Of a stretch of 64,000 nt of DNA, positions 43,564-56,400 are shown in pieces. Each line of letters begins with the position of its first letter. The first letter of the stretch is position 1. Origin of the DNA: Caecitellus pseudoparvulus (Eukaryota > Protista > Bigyra: Bicosoecida); assembly GCA_965644315.1 (NCBI GenBank), contig CBFFRQ010000196.1, forward strand, positions 8,081 to 72,080, written 5' to 3'. Both the position numbers and the translations under genes were made by a program. The notes below the pieces were generated by a model. It ran no database searches. It saw nothing but the letters and a program-made list of their open reading frames with translations, and was not told where the DNA came from.

Positions 43564-45075
43564 ATGTCCACAGCCACACCAGCCGGCGGCGGCCCGCCAA
43601 CAGCAGCATGCATGAGTACCCCAGAAATGGTGGACTTGGCGGGCATTGCCCAGCGCCACCTGTCCCAGGAAAACCAAAAACTGCGCCAGGAAGTGCAGGC
43701 TCTGGTGCATCGGGAGCAGCACCTGCGGGAGCTCATTTCAGCCGCCAGCACGCCGGCGCCGCCTGCGCAGGTGGCCGACGCCATGGCCCCCGATACAGAC
43801 CCCCAGCAAGAACGCTTGGCGAACTTCATGCGCCTGAAGCAGCTGCTGCCGCCCCGCATCGTGTCAGCCGTGATGGGTGATGTCGACGTGGCCGCTGGCG
43901 ACCTCGCCACCACTGCACCTGCCACCGAGGGCACAGACTCAGCGCAGGGCGGTGAGCCTGCGCAAGAGGCCATCCTAGCTCAGTTAGACGAAGACCTGGC
44001 TGAAATCCCCCCCGACATGCAGCAGGCAGCGCTGCGCGAACACATCGTCTGCCTCATGCACCAGATCGAGGAGCAGGAGTCAGAGATCTTCCTCTTGCGC
44101 TGTGACCTGCAGCAGCCCCTGCCTCAGGCCCAGCCCTCGGGGCCAACACAGGCACAGCCTTCGTCCGGTGCCGAGGAGGCCCCGCCTGCGTGGGCCCAGG
44201 CGCTCCTGGCAGGCATGCAGAGTCTCTCGCAGCAGGTGCAGGCGCAGGGTGAAGCCATCCAGCGCCTGGCAGCGCAGCAGGGTGCGACGCCCGCCCCAGC
44301 GGCGCCAGGGGATACCTCCCAGGCAGCACAAACCCTGGGCACGTCCATGACCACGCCACAGCAACCAGATGCCCCACAGACCTCCGCCGACGCCGGCCAG
44401 CTCAGCACTCTGCAGCACACTGTGAACCACGGCATGCGGAAGTTGAAGGAGGGCCTGGGGCGCATTGGCGCAGATGTGCGGACCATCAAGGGCCGGTTGA
44501 CCGCCCCCTACCACGCGCACAGCATAGTGCAGCCCCACGAACCCGTGCCAGTGCCAGTGCCCGCTGCCTTGCCACCCGGCCGCAACAGCCCCCCTCCAGG
44601 CATGGCACAGGGGGGCCGCGTGTCACCAGCCAGCGTGGGCCCACCACCTCCACCCCAGCCGGCCTCCCTGGACCCTCAGGCCCTGCATGGCATCCTGCGC
44701 CGCGTTGTGAGCGCCACCAGCCGGGTGCAAGACAAGCACCGCTCAGGCGAACTGCCCTCCCCAGCCCACCCTCGCTCAGCAGGCTCCACGTCAGCCACAC
44801 ACGGCACCAGCCGTGGCACGCCCACGGCGCAAGGCAGGGCTGATGCCGGCGCCCACCCCAGTCCCATCGAGCGGCAGGGACGGTTCGTGGACCGCGTCGC
44901 AGTTGCCGCGGCGGCCACACGGGCCACCGACGCGCCACCCAGCACCAGTGCTGACTACGAGGCCCGCCTGCGAGAAAAGGCCACTCGGGGGGCCAAGGCG
45001 GCAGGGCTGCGGCGCCGGCGGCGAGGTTCGCAGACCTCCACAGACCGCTCCGAGAGCAAGGCTGGCAGCCTGTGA
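43564..45075 (+). CDS. Hypothetical coiled-coil/disordered protein
   Basis: Long ORF with heptad-like segments (LSQENQKLRQEVQAL). Confidence 0.6.
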   Translation: MSTATPAGGGPPTAACMSTPEMVDLAGIAQRHLSQENQKLRQEVQALVHREQHLRELISAASTPAPPAQVADAMAPDTDPQQERLANFMRLKQLLPPRIVSAVMGDVDVAAGDLATTAPATEGTDSAQGGEPAQEAILAQLDEDLAEIPPDMQQAALREHIVCLMHQIEEQESEIFLLRCDLQQPLPQAQPSGPTQAQPSSGAEEAPPAWAQALLAGMQSLSQQVQAQGEAIQRLAAQQGATPAPAAPGDTSQAAQTLGTSMTTPQQPDAPQTSADAGQLSTLQHTVNHGMRKLKEGLGRIGADVRTIKGRLTAPYHAHSIVQPHEPVPVPVPAALPPGRNSPPPGMAQGGRVSPASVGPPPPPQPASLDPQALHGILRRVVSATSRVQDKHRSGELPSPAHPRSAGSTSATHGTSRGTPTAQGRADAGAHPSPIERQGRFVDRVAVAAAATRATDAPPSTSADYEARLREKATRGAKAAGLRRRRRGSQTSTDRSESKAGSL

Positions 45076-45293
45076 CACGCCTGCGCCAAACCACTCACGC
45101 CGTGTACACAACCCCCACACTGCCGTCCAAAGCCCCTGTATTTCTCCCCTTTCCGCCATAGCCATGGTCTCCACTCGCAGCCGCAGCAGCGGCCGCCGCC
45201 GCCGCCGCCCAGTCCCCTGAGCCGCAGGCTGCGCCATCTTCGCCTGACTCCGTCGCACCTCCTGACCATGCCAACGAGCCTGAGGCTGGACCA

Positions 45294-46342
45294 ATGGATG
45301 CCACTGACTTGCTGCGTGCCATCTTCGAAGCCCATGATGCAGATGGCAACGGCGTGCTGAGCCTCAGCGAGCTGGCAGTGGTGAGGGCCCTTCGCTGGTC
45401 GCGTTCAAACGAATTTCCGCAACACAACCGCCACGCCCACCAGCACAGGCGTTTGCCGCTGCTGGCGTGCCCCGGAGCTACATGGAAGTGCGCGAACTCC
45501 TGGAAGACGCCGACACTGACCACAGGTTCGTTACTGTGCCGCTGTCCCTCCTACATGCCTGCGCAAGGGCTTGCCATGCTGCACTCTCCGCTCGCTTCGC
45601 CTGGCACAGCGGCGACTTGGATTTCGAGGAATTCCTGAAGGCAGTGCGGGAAGCCGGCCCCGCCTCTCCCTGGGCGTCCTTGGGTACATCTGACTCCCAA
45701 GGCCACGCCGAGCGCGAGGCAGTTGTGCGGGCTGAAGCCTCCCTTTCTCGCGTGCTGGCCCCACTGCACACTCAGGCGCACAAGGACGCACTGCTCATGG
45801 CCGAGGGCGATCCGACCCGCTACATCGCCCTGCCCGGCACAGACATCGCAGTGCCCCTCGCCACCCCCGGCTCGCGCATCTTGGGCCGGACGCTGTCGCT
45901 GCTGGTGCTTCTGGCAGCCAGCGTGGCTGCGGCCGCGCTGACGGCCGCCACAGCCGGCACAGTGGCTGCCGCTGTCCACCTGTACAACCGCCCGTCTGTG
46001 GACATCTCCCTGGCTGTCCTGGCAGGTCTCGCCGAGGGGGGGCACATGCGCTGGGCGCTGTTGGGGGGTGCCCTGCTTGGGCCCCTCGCTTTCGCCTCCT
46101 TCCCCGCCCTGCGCCGAGGCAAGACGGTGGCGGCCTGGCTGGCCGGCAACACCGTCATCGTGGCATCCACAGGGCGGCCCCTGCACCCCCTCCTCACCAT
46201 GCTGCGGGAGTCCGTGTCAGGCATGTGCCTGCCTCTGGACTTGGGCTTTGCGCTGTGTGTGTCTCCCTCTGGCCAGCGCCTCGTGGACTACTTGTTGGGC
46301 ACGCAGGTCGTGGCTGACGTCACGGCGGATGTGGCGGCCTGA
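45294..46342 (+). CDS. EF-hand plus RDD-family membrane protein (multi-exon)
   Basis: DADGNGVLSLSEL and DTDH..SGDLDFEEF EF-hands; ATPGSRILG...LRE...GQRLVDYLLGTQVV RDD-like. Confidence 0.65.
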
Positions 46343-46594
46343 GGCCCCGTCTGACGCGTGGGAACCACAGTTCTCGCCGCGTGACAATGCAGCTTGCGTT
46401 TCAAGCAGGCCCTGCAGCAGGCGGAGCTGACTCGCGTCTCCAACACCGTGTCAATACACAGGCATCTGTGTGTGAATGCTAGCAAACGCCTACACTCTTC
46501 TTGCCCCCTGTACTGAAGCACCGTGAAGTACGGCACGCAGCGTGCGCAAGCGCTCCCTCCTCAGCCCACCCTCGACGCCGGCCCCTGCCCCGCC

Positions 46595-48466
46595 ATGATG
46601 CCTGGAGGCACCCTGCGGGACCGCATGAACGCAACACAGCTGCGCATTACAATGGACCAGATCCATGCAGCCGCCAACCCGGCCGAGGAGCAGGTGGGTG
46701 TGCTCTGTGTCCACTTGTGTGCGCTGCCCTCCTGGTGCACTGCACCTTGCCGCCCGTTACGAAGCACAGGCTCTGGCGGAGCAGCTGATGAACGCAACGC
46801 CGACTTCCAGTGTCGTCTCGGATGATGACTTGTTTGATGGCCCCGCGGGCTTCTCGAGCGGCTTTGCGAACACCTCGGGAGTCAGTGGCTCATCGGTAAG
46901 CTTCGTGGCATGGCGTTTCGCGTCGCGCTGCATCTCGGCACTCCACTCACACTCACCACCCCACCGCGACGCCACGGCACAGTCCCCAACAGACGGAGGA
47001 CTTTCATTGGCTGTGCCCACTCCCGGCCTGCACAGCGCAGCGCCTCTCCCTGACTTTGAGAAGCAGGCCGTGCCAGCTTCAGCCACACCCCGCACATCTG
47101 CCCTCAGCGCCAGCATCGCCGCTGACCGCGCCCGGGACGGCGTCATGCAGGTGCACCAGTTCAGTAGCGAAGCCGGGGACTGGGTGCAGGTGCCCATGGC
47201 CACTGCCGTGGCCGCAGCCACCCCCAGCCAGAGGAAGCCGCCCCCTCCCACCCCAAGCGACACCCCAGGCGCCCCTGATGTCGACTCGGCGCCACCCCCC
47301 CACCCACACCGCCCAGACATCCATTTCCTCCCTACCAAGCCTGGCCCCCGCCACGGGCATGCAGTACCGTTGGCAAATGACGCAAATGCTAGCCTCTTGC
47401 TCCGTGGGCGAGGTGCTCCGCGGCCTCGTTCGCCTCTGCAACCAGCAAGGCGGCTGCTGGTTGTTGCCAGGGCAGCAGCCAGCACCTGCTGCAGACCAGT
47501 CTTCCTGTGGCGCCGCGTCCAGCGCCTTCCAGCTGCGTGTCGCCGAGGACGGCGAGGCGGACTTCGACTTCCCCTGCCTCCCCCGCGCCGCCAAAGTGGC
47601 CGGGCTGGGGGAAGAGGAATTCGCCGTGTGCAGCGCCGACAGCCAGCAGGAGGTGCTGCAAGTGCGCCTGCACCATACGACGTCCAAGGCAGGCAAACCC
47701 GTTCTGCGGCTCTTTCTTCCGCCACCCGCCTCCGCCGGGCACAGAGGTGTTCGACCCGTCCCCTGTGCCCAGGGGAACGGGCTCCACGCCCACACCCTCG
47801 CCCACCGCCTGCCCTTCGTCAGCTGCTCCGGAACATGCCCACACCAGCGCCGGTGCACCTACCCAACCCGCCGTCCCCACCGCCCAGCCCCTCCGACTGT
47901 GGTCCAGGTCAGGGGAAGTCTTCACACCCGTCCCAGTGCAGGCCACGCCTGCAGCCCAAACTTCACCCGCCCGACACCAAGACGCGCCAGCGTTCGCACT
48001 ATCAGACAGCGAAGACACGAGCCCAGAGGGCGATGGCAGCGGCAGTGGCAGCGGCGCTGAGGAGGAGGAGGTGGAGACGGGCGGCCGCGGTAGCCACACG
48101 GGCCTGCAAGTGACGTACACGTCAGCGGGTGGCGAGGGGGGGAGCTTTGGTGGGGCGCTGGGCAGTGTGGCTGCAGTGCCCATGGGGCGGGAGGGTGCCG
48201 GACACCTCGCTGCGCACACAGCCCAAGTGGGCGCACCCGGCGGCGCAGACATGATGCGTCAAATTGCAGAGTACCGCAGAGCGCGGTACGGCAGACAGCC
48301 GCCAGCTAGCGAACAAGGGGTGCCTGCAGTGCTGGGCAAGCTGGCAGCAGGCCTGTCAGCCGAGCCCCGGCGCAGGCAGTTGCTGGAGAGTGACGAGGAT
48401 GCGCTGGCAGCTGCCATCGCAGCTGTGGACGGCACGGGGTCACAGGCAGCTGCGCCCTCGCTCTGA
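46595..48466 (+). CDS. SIN1/Avo1-like (TORC2 subunit) CRIM-domain protein, multi-exon or frameshifted
   Basis: FQLRVAEDGEADFDFPCLPRAAKVAGLGEEEFAV resembles the SIN1 CRIM motif; no C-terminal PH domain recognised. Confidence 0.5.
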
Positions 48467-48809
48467 TCTTGCCTGGCCCGGCAGTAATGCACATGTACAT
48501 GTAGAGGGGGGTTGCCCCAGTCCCCTGCTGCTGGAGCCAGGCGGGGGCAAGCACGGGATGAAACGTGCCAGGTGCATTGCGGAGAGTCGAGCCACGTGCT
48601 CTAAACAGGCTGCCAAGTGCTGGCGTCACGGCACCAGCGCACAGGCCCCATTTGTGCAAGGCTTTGCTGCGTGAGCAAGCCTGCAGCCGCTGGATCATTT
48701 GAAGAGGTTGCCTGTTGTCCTGTGTGGGCTGCGGGCCAGACTCCCAACCAGCTTGCTCGGCCAGCTCAAAGTGTGGGCCCACATTCAGTGGACCAAAGAG
48801 CACATGCTA

Positions 48810-49406
48810 TCACTGTGCCGAAACAGTGGCCGTCTCTGGACTGCCGCCTGGCACCATCTGCGCCGGAGAGAGAACGTGACCAATTTGCACAGCAAGCCCC
48901 GAGCACCCCGCCGCGGTAGGCGCCGATACGCACCATGGTGACGTGGTTGCCGTTCAGGAGGATCTGGTCCAGCTTCTCGGTCGTGGTTCCTGACGCTGTC
49001 GTCTTGCTGTTGCGCAGCACAAATGCATGAGAAGTGGTAAGGCCAAACAACTCGTGCACGCGGTACGCCACTCACTACTCCGTCACGTCTTCAAGCACCA
49101 TGTTCACAAAGTCATCGAAGCCCTTCAGTGTCCCCACAAACTCGCGGTCGCCACGAAGAATTACCCACAGCTTGGACTGTGCAGCGGGGAGGGCAGGTGC
49201 TGCAGAGATAATGGATGCCACTGGCCAACGTGCGGAAATAGCCTCACCCCAATGCACTTGCCCACAAGCTCTGCGAGAGGGAGGGGAGGGAAAAGCATGA
49301 GGAAGCTATGAACAGCACTAATATCACCACAGCCCGTATCCTGCGGCGTTCACGTACCCAAGGGGAGCAGCTGGGGCAGCCCTGTCGAGGAACCGGAGTC
49401 TGCCAT
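48810..49406 (-). CDS. LSM5: U6 snRNA-associated Sm-like protein LSm5 (multi-exon)
   Basis: LLPL|ELVGKCIG|[33 protein letters not shown]...[14 protein letters not shown]|MVPGG. Confidence 0.92.
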
Positions 49407-49837
49407 GTCTGGCGTGCAAACAAGCAGTTGCGAATCGCCGGAGATGGAGGTAACGAACTTGTCACGAAGCAGGTGGTCAGTCTCGGGTGGGTGTGTTCTT
49501 GTTTGAAAATTGTGGATTTGCACACATCCTACGTTGGGTGTGCACGGGGCCGGGTAACGCTCGTGAGCTGCTGTTTGCAAGGTCTAGACGAGGCGTGGGT
49601 GTTTTCGCAAAAAATCTCCGCCGAAAAAACTCAAATTTGCAGGAAAAGCCCCCGATCAGACTGCGTCCAATTGTTTACACGATGTACAGGCCCAAGTAAG
49701 CGCCTTTGCATTCTGCTTGATCGATCAGAGGCGCCTTTCGTGTGGATTTCACCTGCCGCCTGTCTGCTTGGGGCCAAAGCGCAGATTCTTACGCACGGCT
49801 GCGGGAAGCTCGTTAGAGGGAGTCGGCCTTCACAAGC

Positions 49838-51285
49838 ATGGGCGCTGTAAATCTTCTAGGCGCGCTTGTAGCTTGTAGCGTCGCTGGTTTCGTTGGAGCA
49901 GGTGCGCTGCGTGTGCTGAAACTCCCTGCGTTTCTCCGTCTCTCCGGCACACACCTGGACTGCAATGCGCACAGACTTTGCGTATACGACGTTCAACGAC
50001 ACCTCTGGGCTTGTATTCCTTGGCTCAGCAACAACAAGCGACTGCTCTGGGGGAGCGACCGTAAGGTTCCCAAGCTCCCGGTCCTGTCTCGACTGCCAGG
50101 CACTGGTGAACTCTTGCATGTCCTTCGCAGCATCCGTACCAGCCGAGGCACGGCAGTGCAGACGGCAGCGGGCGCATTCCTGGCCTGATTGTAAGTGCAG
50201 GGTGCCACAACCATGCTCTTCAAGGCTGAAAGTGCGAGCGTTTGGCCCTGCTTCCCTCGCAGTCCGAGGGTGTCACCACGCACACGTCGTACGAGACGAG
50301 CACCAACGACCCCAGCGACAGTGACTACATCGCGTCAGCCTTGTCAGTGTTTGGCCACCGCGAGGCGTTCGCAGAGTCGCCACGACCCGCGGCGCTGTGA
50401 TCTGCGCATGAGGTATGGACAGCTCTCGGTCACGCCGCACTAAACCGCGCGCAGCACCCCCTGCGCGACACCCACAGGCTCACTCCATCCAAACCATACA
50501 AGCAAGGAGCTGTCTGGCGAAGGTCACCGGTGCCGTTGTCAGGGGGCTTTGAGGCAGGGTTTTCGTTTCAGATCTCAGACCATTCCCGCGTCTGCCGAAG
50601 GGTGCGCGATAAGGCCTTCAGCACTCGCTTGTACGAATCATGTATGGTGCACGGAGGGGATGGATTTGCATTCGTTCTGCACAACGATGCCAACCGCACG
50701 GAGGCGCTCGGGGTGGACGGGGAGCGCTTGGGCTACACTGGCATCCGCAACGCCATCGCAGTGGAGTTCGACACGTGGTACAACCCGAGACATTGGCGAC
50801 CTGTTCCACGACCACATTAGTCTGCAGGCCTCAGGCCCCCTAGCACCACTGGCCTCCAACCAGTCACAGCTGATGGGGGCAGCGAGGCCCCACCCCTCGC
50901 AGATGGGAGGGTGCACAGCGTCAAACTGCAATACTTCCCGCACCTGAAGTATGAGCTGCTCCAGCACTTTTCCGCCACCCCCCAGTTGGTCCCTTTTCTC
51001 AAAGATGCAGGCGAATCACGTCGCATTGGCACCTTTGTTGTATACATCGACAACATGACTGCACCCTTGACAGCGGTGCCCATCAACCTGAACGTGGCAA
51101 TGGACCTGCCCGACGGTCAAGCGTATGTTGGGTTCACAGCCTCCACTGGAAAAGCGTGGGAGCGGCACGACATGTTGTCATGGTACTTTTGCGAGTATCC
51201 AGGCTGTCCTAGGAGTGGCCTGGGCCTGGTGGATTGGCAAGCGACCCTTGATTTCATGGATGAGGATGAAGTGAACCCTCGATGA
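49838..51285 (+). CDS. Secreted L-type (legume) lectin domain protein (multi-exon or frameshifted)
   Basis: GGDGFAFVLHND, AIAVEFDTWYN, DHISL, AYVGFTASTG...HDMLSWYF. Confidence 0.8.
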
Positions 51286-51455
51286 AGCAATGCAGCGCCT
51301 TGCGCACACCCTCCTCTCACAAAATGCAAAAACGGAAGATATGCAACCAAGTCGACACTTCATGTTTGCAAGCCATGAATCTGCTGAAGTGGCGACCCGT
51401 CCCCATTGCCATTCTGTAGGCGCCGCATGTGCCAACTCGCCGGCGCAAGTTCAGA

Positions 51456-53195
51456 ATGGCGCCTGGTCAGAGCCAGGGCCCGGTCCTCGTGCTGTGCGCG
51501 GCGACCCTTGCCTGCACTTTCCTCTGTAGCGTCCATTCCTTCAATGTCACATTGAGGGCGCCATCGCAGGGGGACTGGATTGCGGGTGACGAGGTCACCG
51601 CGGAATTTGAAGTGTGGCGTTTGCACGGCGAGCAAGTGAGCAACGCCCTCATCCGCTTGGATGGCAAGTACCAGCCCTTCTGCAACATTGATCTGACGGA
51701 CATGGCTGAGTCTGTGGTGGTGCAGTGCACTCTCCGGCTGGAAGCACCTCAAGTGCACTGGCTCCGAGTCTTCGTCTTCTCAGGGCAAGGCACGAGCTTC
51801 AAACAGCACAGCATCGTCTTCACGCAGATTCCTGCAGGCCTGCGTCAACCCCAGCCCTGGTGGTCAGGGCGGCTCCCAGCCAATCACGTTGGTGCTGGCG
51901 ACTGGCTTGACGGCTTCCGCTCCAAACGAAGCGACAAGCTAAAGCCTCCTGCGATGCTACCGACAGGGGAAGATGTCGTAGCTGCTGCAAGCAACCAAGT
52001 GAGCAGAGCTCCGGAGGAGTGCCGAGTCCAGCACTCGAATGCGTCTGCCCCCCTCTTGTGCACCTCGGCCTTCCACACAAGATCCCGCTCCAAGCTTCTT
52101 GGGCCACAGTGGACCAGTGCATGGAGGCGTGTCAGCGTCGCACAGTGGATTCAGCAAGGTGCAACGCCAACGTGTGCGGCAGCCTCCACTCTCGCTGCAA
52201 CTTTCGCCACAGAGAGTTCAGCACAGCACGTGTACGACACGATTCAATCGTTGAAGGCACAGGACGCAAGTCTCGGCGTTGTCGTGTTTGTGTACGGTGC
52301 TGCTGAGCCCTGGTGGGAGACGGAGCAGTGGATGACTGTCCCCTGCATCCGCTTCGTTGTGTTGCCGGGCCACATGCGACTGTGGTTCCTGAAGCACTTC
52401 CTGACGCCAGAGACCTTGCAAAGTTGGTCCTGGCTTCCCACGAACGAGGCCCACCCCCCACTCCACGTGGTGTTCTTCGATGATGACGTGGACGTGTCCC
52501 GGCTCCAGCTGCCTGGCTTCATCGCAACCATGCACCGACTGGGCATCCACCTGGCACAGCCTGCCCACGATGCATCCTCAGAGACGTCACACGCGCTGCT
52601 CTTTGCTGGTGCCCACGGAACATCAAGCCCTGGCTCCTTCTCTACTTTTGTGGAGTGTGGGCCGGTTGTGGTTGCAGAGCTTGAAACCTTCAACTGCATG
52701 ATGGAGGTTGTGAATGAGTTTGGCGTCTCAGGCTACGGCTTCGACTTCTTATGGCCCGCACTCTGTGCACCCCACACCACCGCACTTCTGCATAACTTCA
52801 CCATTCGTCACTTGAACAGGCAAGGGCTCTCAGCCAAGCCAAATGCCATGGGCCAGATGGCTGCCGATGGCATCGCAGCCCTCGCAGGGGCGTCGTTGGC
52901 TGGCCTGCTGCCAGACTTAGAGTGGGTGGCGCCAATGATGGGAGCCATCCGAACATCAGCACGGAAAACTATCCAGCGCATCTTGCAGTACTGCCCTGAA
53001 ACCCGACAAAACTCTGACGAGGACCAGTGCACAGCGAGCGTCGTTGCCGCGCACCAGGCCGGCACTGCTCTGTCAGCAAGCAAGGCCCCGGGTCGCTGGA
53101 ATCAGCACCAGCGCCCCATCTTGTTCCCCAACAAGACTACCTCCTTTCCTTGGGGCGAACTTGTCATGGGGCCGTCAGTGGAGGCAGCTCGATGA
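51456..53195 (+). CDS. Secreted DUF707-like putative glycosyltransferase
   Basis: Signal peptide; VVFFDDDVDV, LAQPA, TFVECGP, SGYGFDFLW. Confidence 0.7.
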   Translation: MAPGQSQGPVLVLCAATLACTFLCSVHSFNVTLRAPSQGDWIAGDEVTAEFEVWRLHGEQVSNALIRLDGKYQPFCNIDLTDMAESVVVQCTLRLEAPQVHWLRVFVFSGQGTSFKQHSIVFTQIPAGLRQPQPWWSGRLPANHVGAGDWLDGFRSKRSDKLKPPAMLPTGEDVVAAASNQVSRAPEECRVQHSNASAPLLCTSAFHTRSRSKLLGPQWTSAWRRVSVAQWIQQGATPTCAAASTLAATFATESSAQHVYDTIQSLKAQDASLGVVVFVYGAAEPWWETEQWMTVPCIRFVVLPGHMRLWFLKHFLTPETLQSWSWLPTNEAHPPLHVVFFDDDVDVSRLQLPGFIATMHRLGIHLAQPAHDASSETSHALLFAGAHGTSSPGSFSTFVECGPVVVAELETFNCMMEVVNEFGVSGYGFDFLWPALCAPHTTALLHNFTIRHLNRQGLSAKPNAMGQMAADGIAALAGASLAGLLPDLEWVAPMMGAIRTSARKTIQRILQYCPETRQNSDEDQCTASVVAAHQAGTALSASKAPGRWNQHQRPILFPNKTTSFPWGELVMGPSVEAAR

Positions 53196-53408
53196 ACTGC
53201 TGCGGCTCCTGTGCAGGCCTACACCTTGACTTCTAGCGCTGACAAATCCATTCATCAGCATACTTTGATACCACAAGGTGTGGAGACACATGTCAATGCA
53301 TTGTGAGGGCTGCAGAGGTCCCCTCCTGGCACTGGGGTGAGCCCCCACCCTCCTGCGTTTCTACATGAAACGCGACGCACAACGCCAGCTCGCACATACC
53401 TGACAAGC

Positions 53409-56400
53409 ATGCCTGGGAGCCGAGCAAAGCGCTGCTTAGTGTTCTTTGCATCCCTTTCATATGCGTTAGCCACCCAGCTGCGCATCACTGAAGTCATGGT
53501 GGTCTCCCGTATGCAGCACCGCAACTTGAACGTGAGCTGGGTGGAGGTCACAAACTTCGGGCACCAGCCGTGGAACCTGACAGGGGCCTCCCTTTCCACT
53601 GGGGACCACGTGAACAAGAACAACAGCGTGTACAGCGAAATAATACTGCAGCCCTTCCGCTCCGCACTTTTACACAGCGGGCTTGACGACAAGAAGGTGG
53701 ACCAGGCGGTGCGGGAGGCGTGGGGGCTGCCATCTGACACGCTGGTGGTCGGCGTGCGGCCCTTCCGCCCCGATGCCGAGCCGCTTCACCTTTCAAGGGA
53801 AGCCACAGGAATGGTGACTCTCTTTGATGCAGGCGGGGTGCTTGTCTCGCGGGTTTCGTGGAGCTCCACGGCGCGGCCCGGTGTCGCGATGCAATGGTCA
53901 GCGCAAGGGGAGGCATTCGGGGAGGCTGCGGCAGGGGAGCTCGGGGCCTGGGAAAGCAGCAGCAACTCTAGCTCCGAACGCGATGTGGGCTCGCCTGCCC
54001 TGTACGCCGTTGCTGCAGTCGATGCAGTGCCTGGTTCAGCTGGCTTGGACCCACAGAGCGGCATTCAGTTTGGCCGCAGTTTCGTGATCTCGCGTCCCCC
54101 ACGTCCGGATGCGACGCCTCTGTACACCTTGACTGACTTCTCGCGACAAACACCAAGACCCCTTTTGGACCCACAAATCCCAGGGACCACTTCTCATTCA
54201 CTGTTCGAGTGGGGCTCATGGCTGATCTTTGCAGCCAACACGTCGCAGCACGGAGACGAGGTGTGGGCGTGGCATGGTCACACGAATGCGTTCTTCCCAT
54301 CTCCCCCTGAGATACAATTCGACATCGTCCCAGGGCCACAGTCTTCATCTCCTGCCTTCTTCACAGCGTTTGATGGTTCGGTTTTCTTCGCCGCATCCAC
54401 GAAGGAGGGCCGACGGGAGCTTCACTTTCTGAGCCACTCCCCAGGCTCGGAAAGCCTGGCCCTGACCAACCTGGACGCAGCCGACAAGCAAGTGGAGGCT
54501 GGCGGCTCGCCCGCCCAGGATCCGTACGACCTTATGCATGTCCCACCCCTATCTTCACGGGCACCTCCGACCAATGTCGGCTGGCTGGTGTTCGGCGCCA
54601 CGTCGGCCGCTAGCGGAACGGAGCCGTGGTTTCTTTGCTGGGCCTTCTGACGGTGCCCCGCATGCTGGCTGATGTGTGCCCTGGCCCATGCAGTTCTGCC
54701 CCAACAGGTTGGGTGCGATGGCGCTCTTCCCTCCTGTTCACGGCCGATGATGGCGTTCACGGCTCTGAGCTGTGGCGATACACCGGTGACATGGCTGGGC
54801 CAGCAGTGCTTGGGACAGACCTGCACATGGCAGCAGACATCGAGGCAGGGGCAGCTTCCAGCTCCCCCCGCTCAGGGGTTGTCTGGCGAGACACCTTCCT
54901 CTTCATAGCTGACACGGCAGCGCACGGTACTGAAGTTTGGGCGTGGAATGGCGAGGAAGCTCCGCAGATTCTGTTCGAAGTGCAGCGAGGACCCTCAGAC
55001 TCAGCTGTGCAAGCCCTCACTGAGTACCATGGCGCTATTTTCTTCACAGCAGTTGGAGCAAACTCGGGGCGTGAGGTGTGGACTTGGGAGGGGCAGGGGC
55101 GCCCAAGAATGCTGTTCCACCACCCGCCCGCAGGCTCCAGCGGCCTCGGCAGCGTGCGAAGTGGGGCACACTTCTGGCGCATGCAAGGCGAGCTTTTATG
55201 GGCAGCAGATGATGGGCGGCACGGAATTGAGGTCTTCCGAACGTACAGGCACCCCGACACGACGGATGCGCTGTGTGTGCCACTCCAGGAACAGAGCACG
55301 CTGGGGGGTGTGTGGGACTTGCGAAGCACGCTGCAGCCAGTCACGGAGCAGGCTTGCGCTTTCAAACTTACCGTGCCTGATTGCGACCATTGTCAGTTGG
55401 GGTATTCCATTGCTGTGGACGGCGCTGTCCGCTTTCCTTCCCAGCTGGTGGCGACATCTATCCTTCACAACGGCGGCAGGGGGGCAGCGTTCGTCTTCCA
55501 CCGCCTCGCGCTGACGGAGTTCACCGGTCCCAAGGCACCCTTTCAGTGGACCCTGGCCGCAACGCTCACCGGACTGGACGATCAGCCAGGAGATGCCTGT
55601 GGCACTTCTACCGCCTTGTCGGGGCCCTGGCTTGCGGTCGGGTGCCCGCGCTGCGAATGCTTCGGCAGGCCGGGTACACATGTTTCGGTGGGGGCACGGA
55701 GCATGGAGACTGCACTCCACACTTCCGTCACCATCGACAATGGGCATGCAACCTGAGTTTGGGGCCGCCCTCAGCATGCACGCCCATGGGGCGGAGCCCA
55801 ACTCTGGTCGTTGGTGCGCCGGGAGCGGATGTGGCGGGTGTGTCGGGCGCAGGAGCCGCGTCAGTGTGGGAGCTCCGCTATGGTCTTTGGGAGCATGTCC
55901 AGGTGCTGATGAGTGACACTGCTCAGTCCAGTGGCGAGTTTGGGGCTGCAGTCGGCTTGCACGGAGGGAATCTGGTCATCGGGGCACCAGGGATGGACAG
56001 CGGCTCTGGTGCAGCATTCATGTTCATCCGACTGCCGGAGCGAGCCGATCCATGGGCAGCACCAGTGAAATCTCGCATCCTCCCCCTTGATGATTCACGA
56101 TATGGCCACTTTGGTGCCAAGGTTGCCATAGACTTGAACCACTTTGCCGTGGCAGCTCCCTCTGCCGCGTCTGGCGCGGGGGCTGTTTGGGTGTACGCCT
56201 TTGACGCAGATCTGACGCACGTCGTGCTGCACGAGCGCATCACAGCTTTGGATGGGAAGCAGGGAGATGCATTTGGGGCAAGCGGGGTGGCTGTCGTGTC
56301 CCACCCTCCACAGGTTGTGGTGGCAGGGCCAGCTGGCGCCAGCGCTGGCATTGCCGGGGCCGGCGTGTACACTTTCGCAGAAGTGAACAGAAAGCGTCAT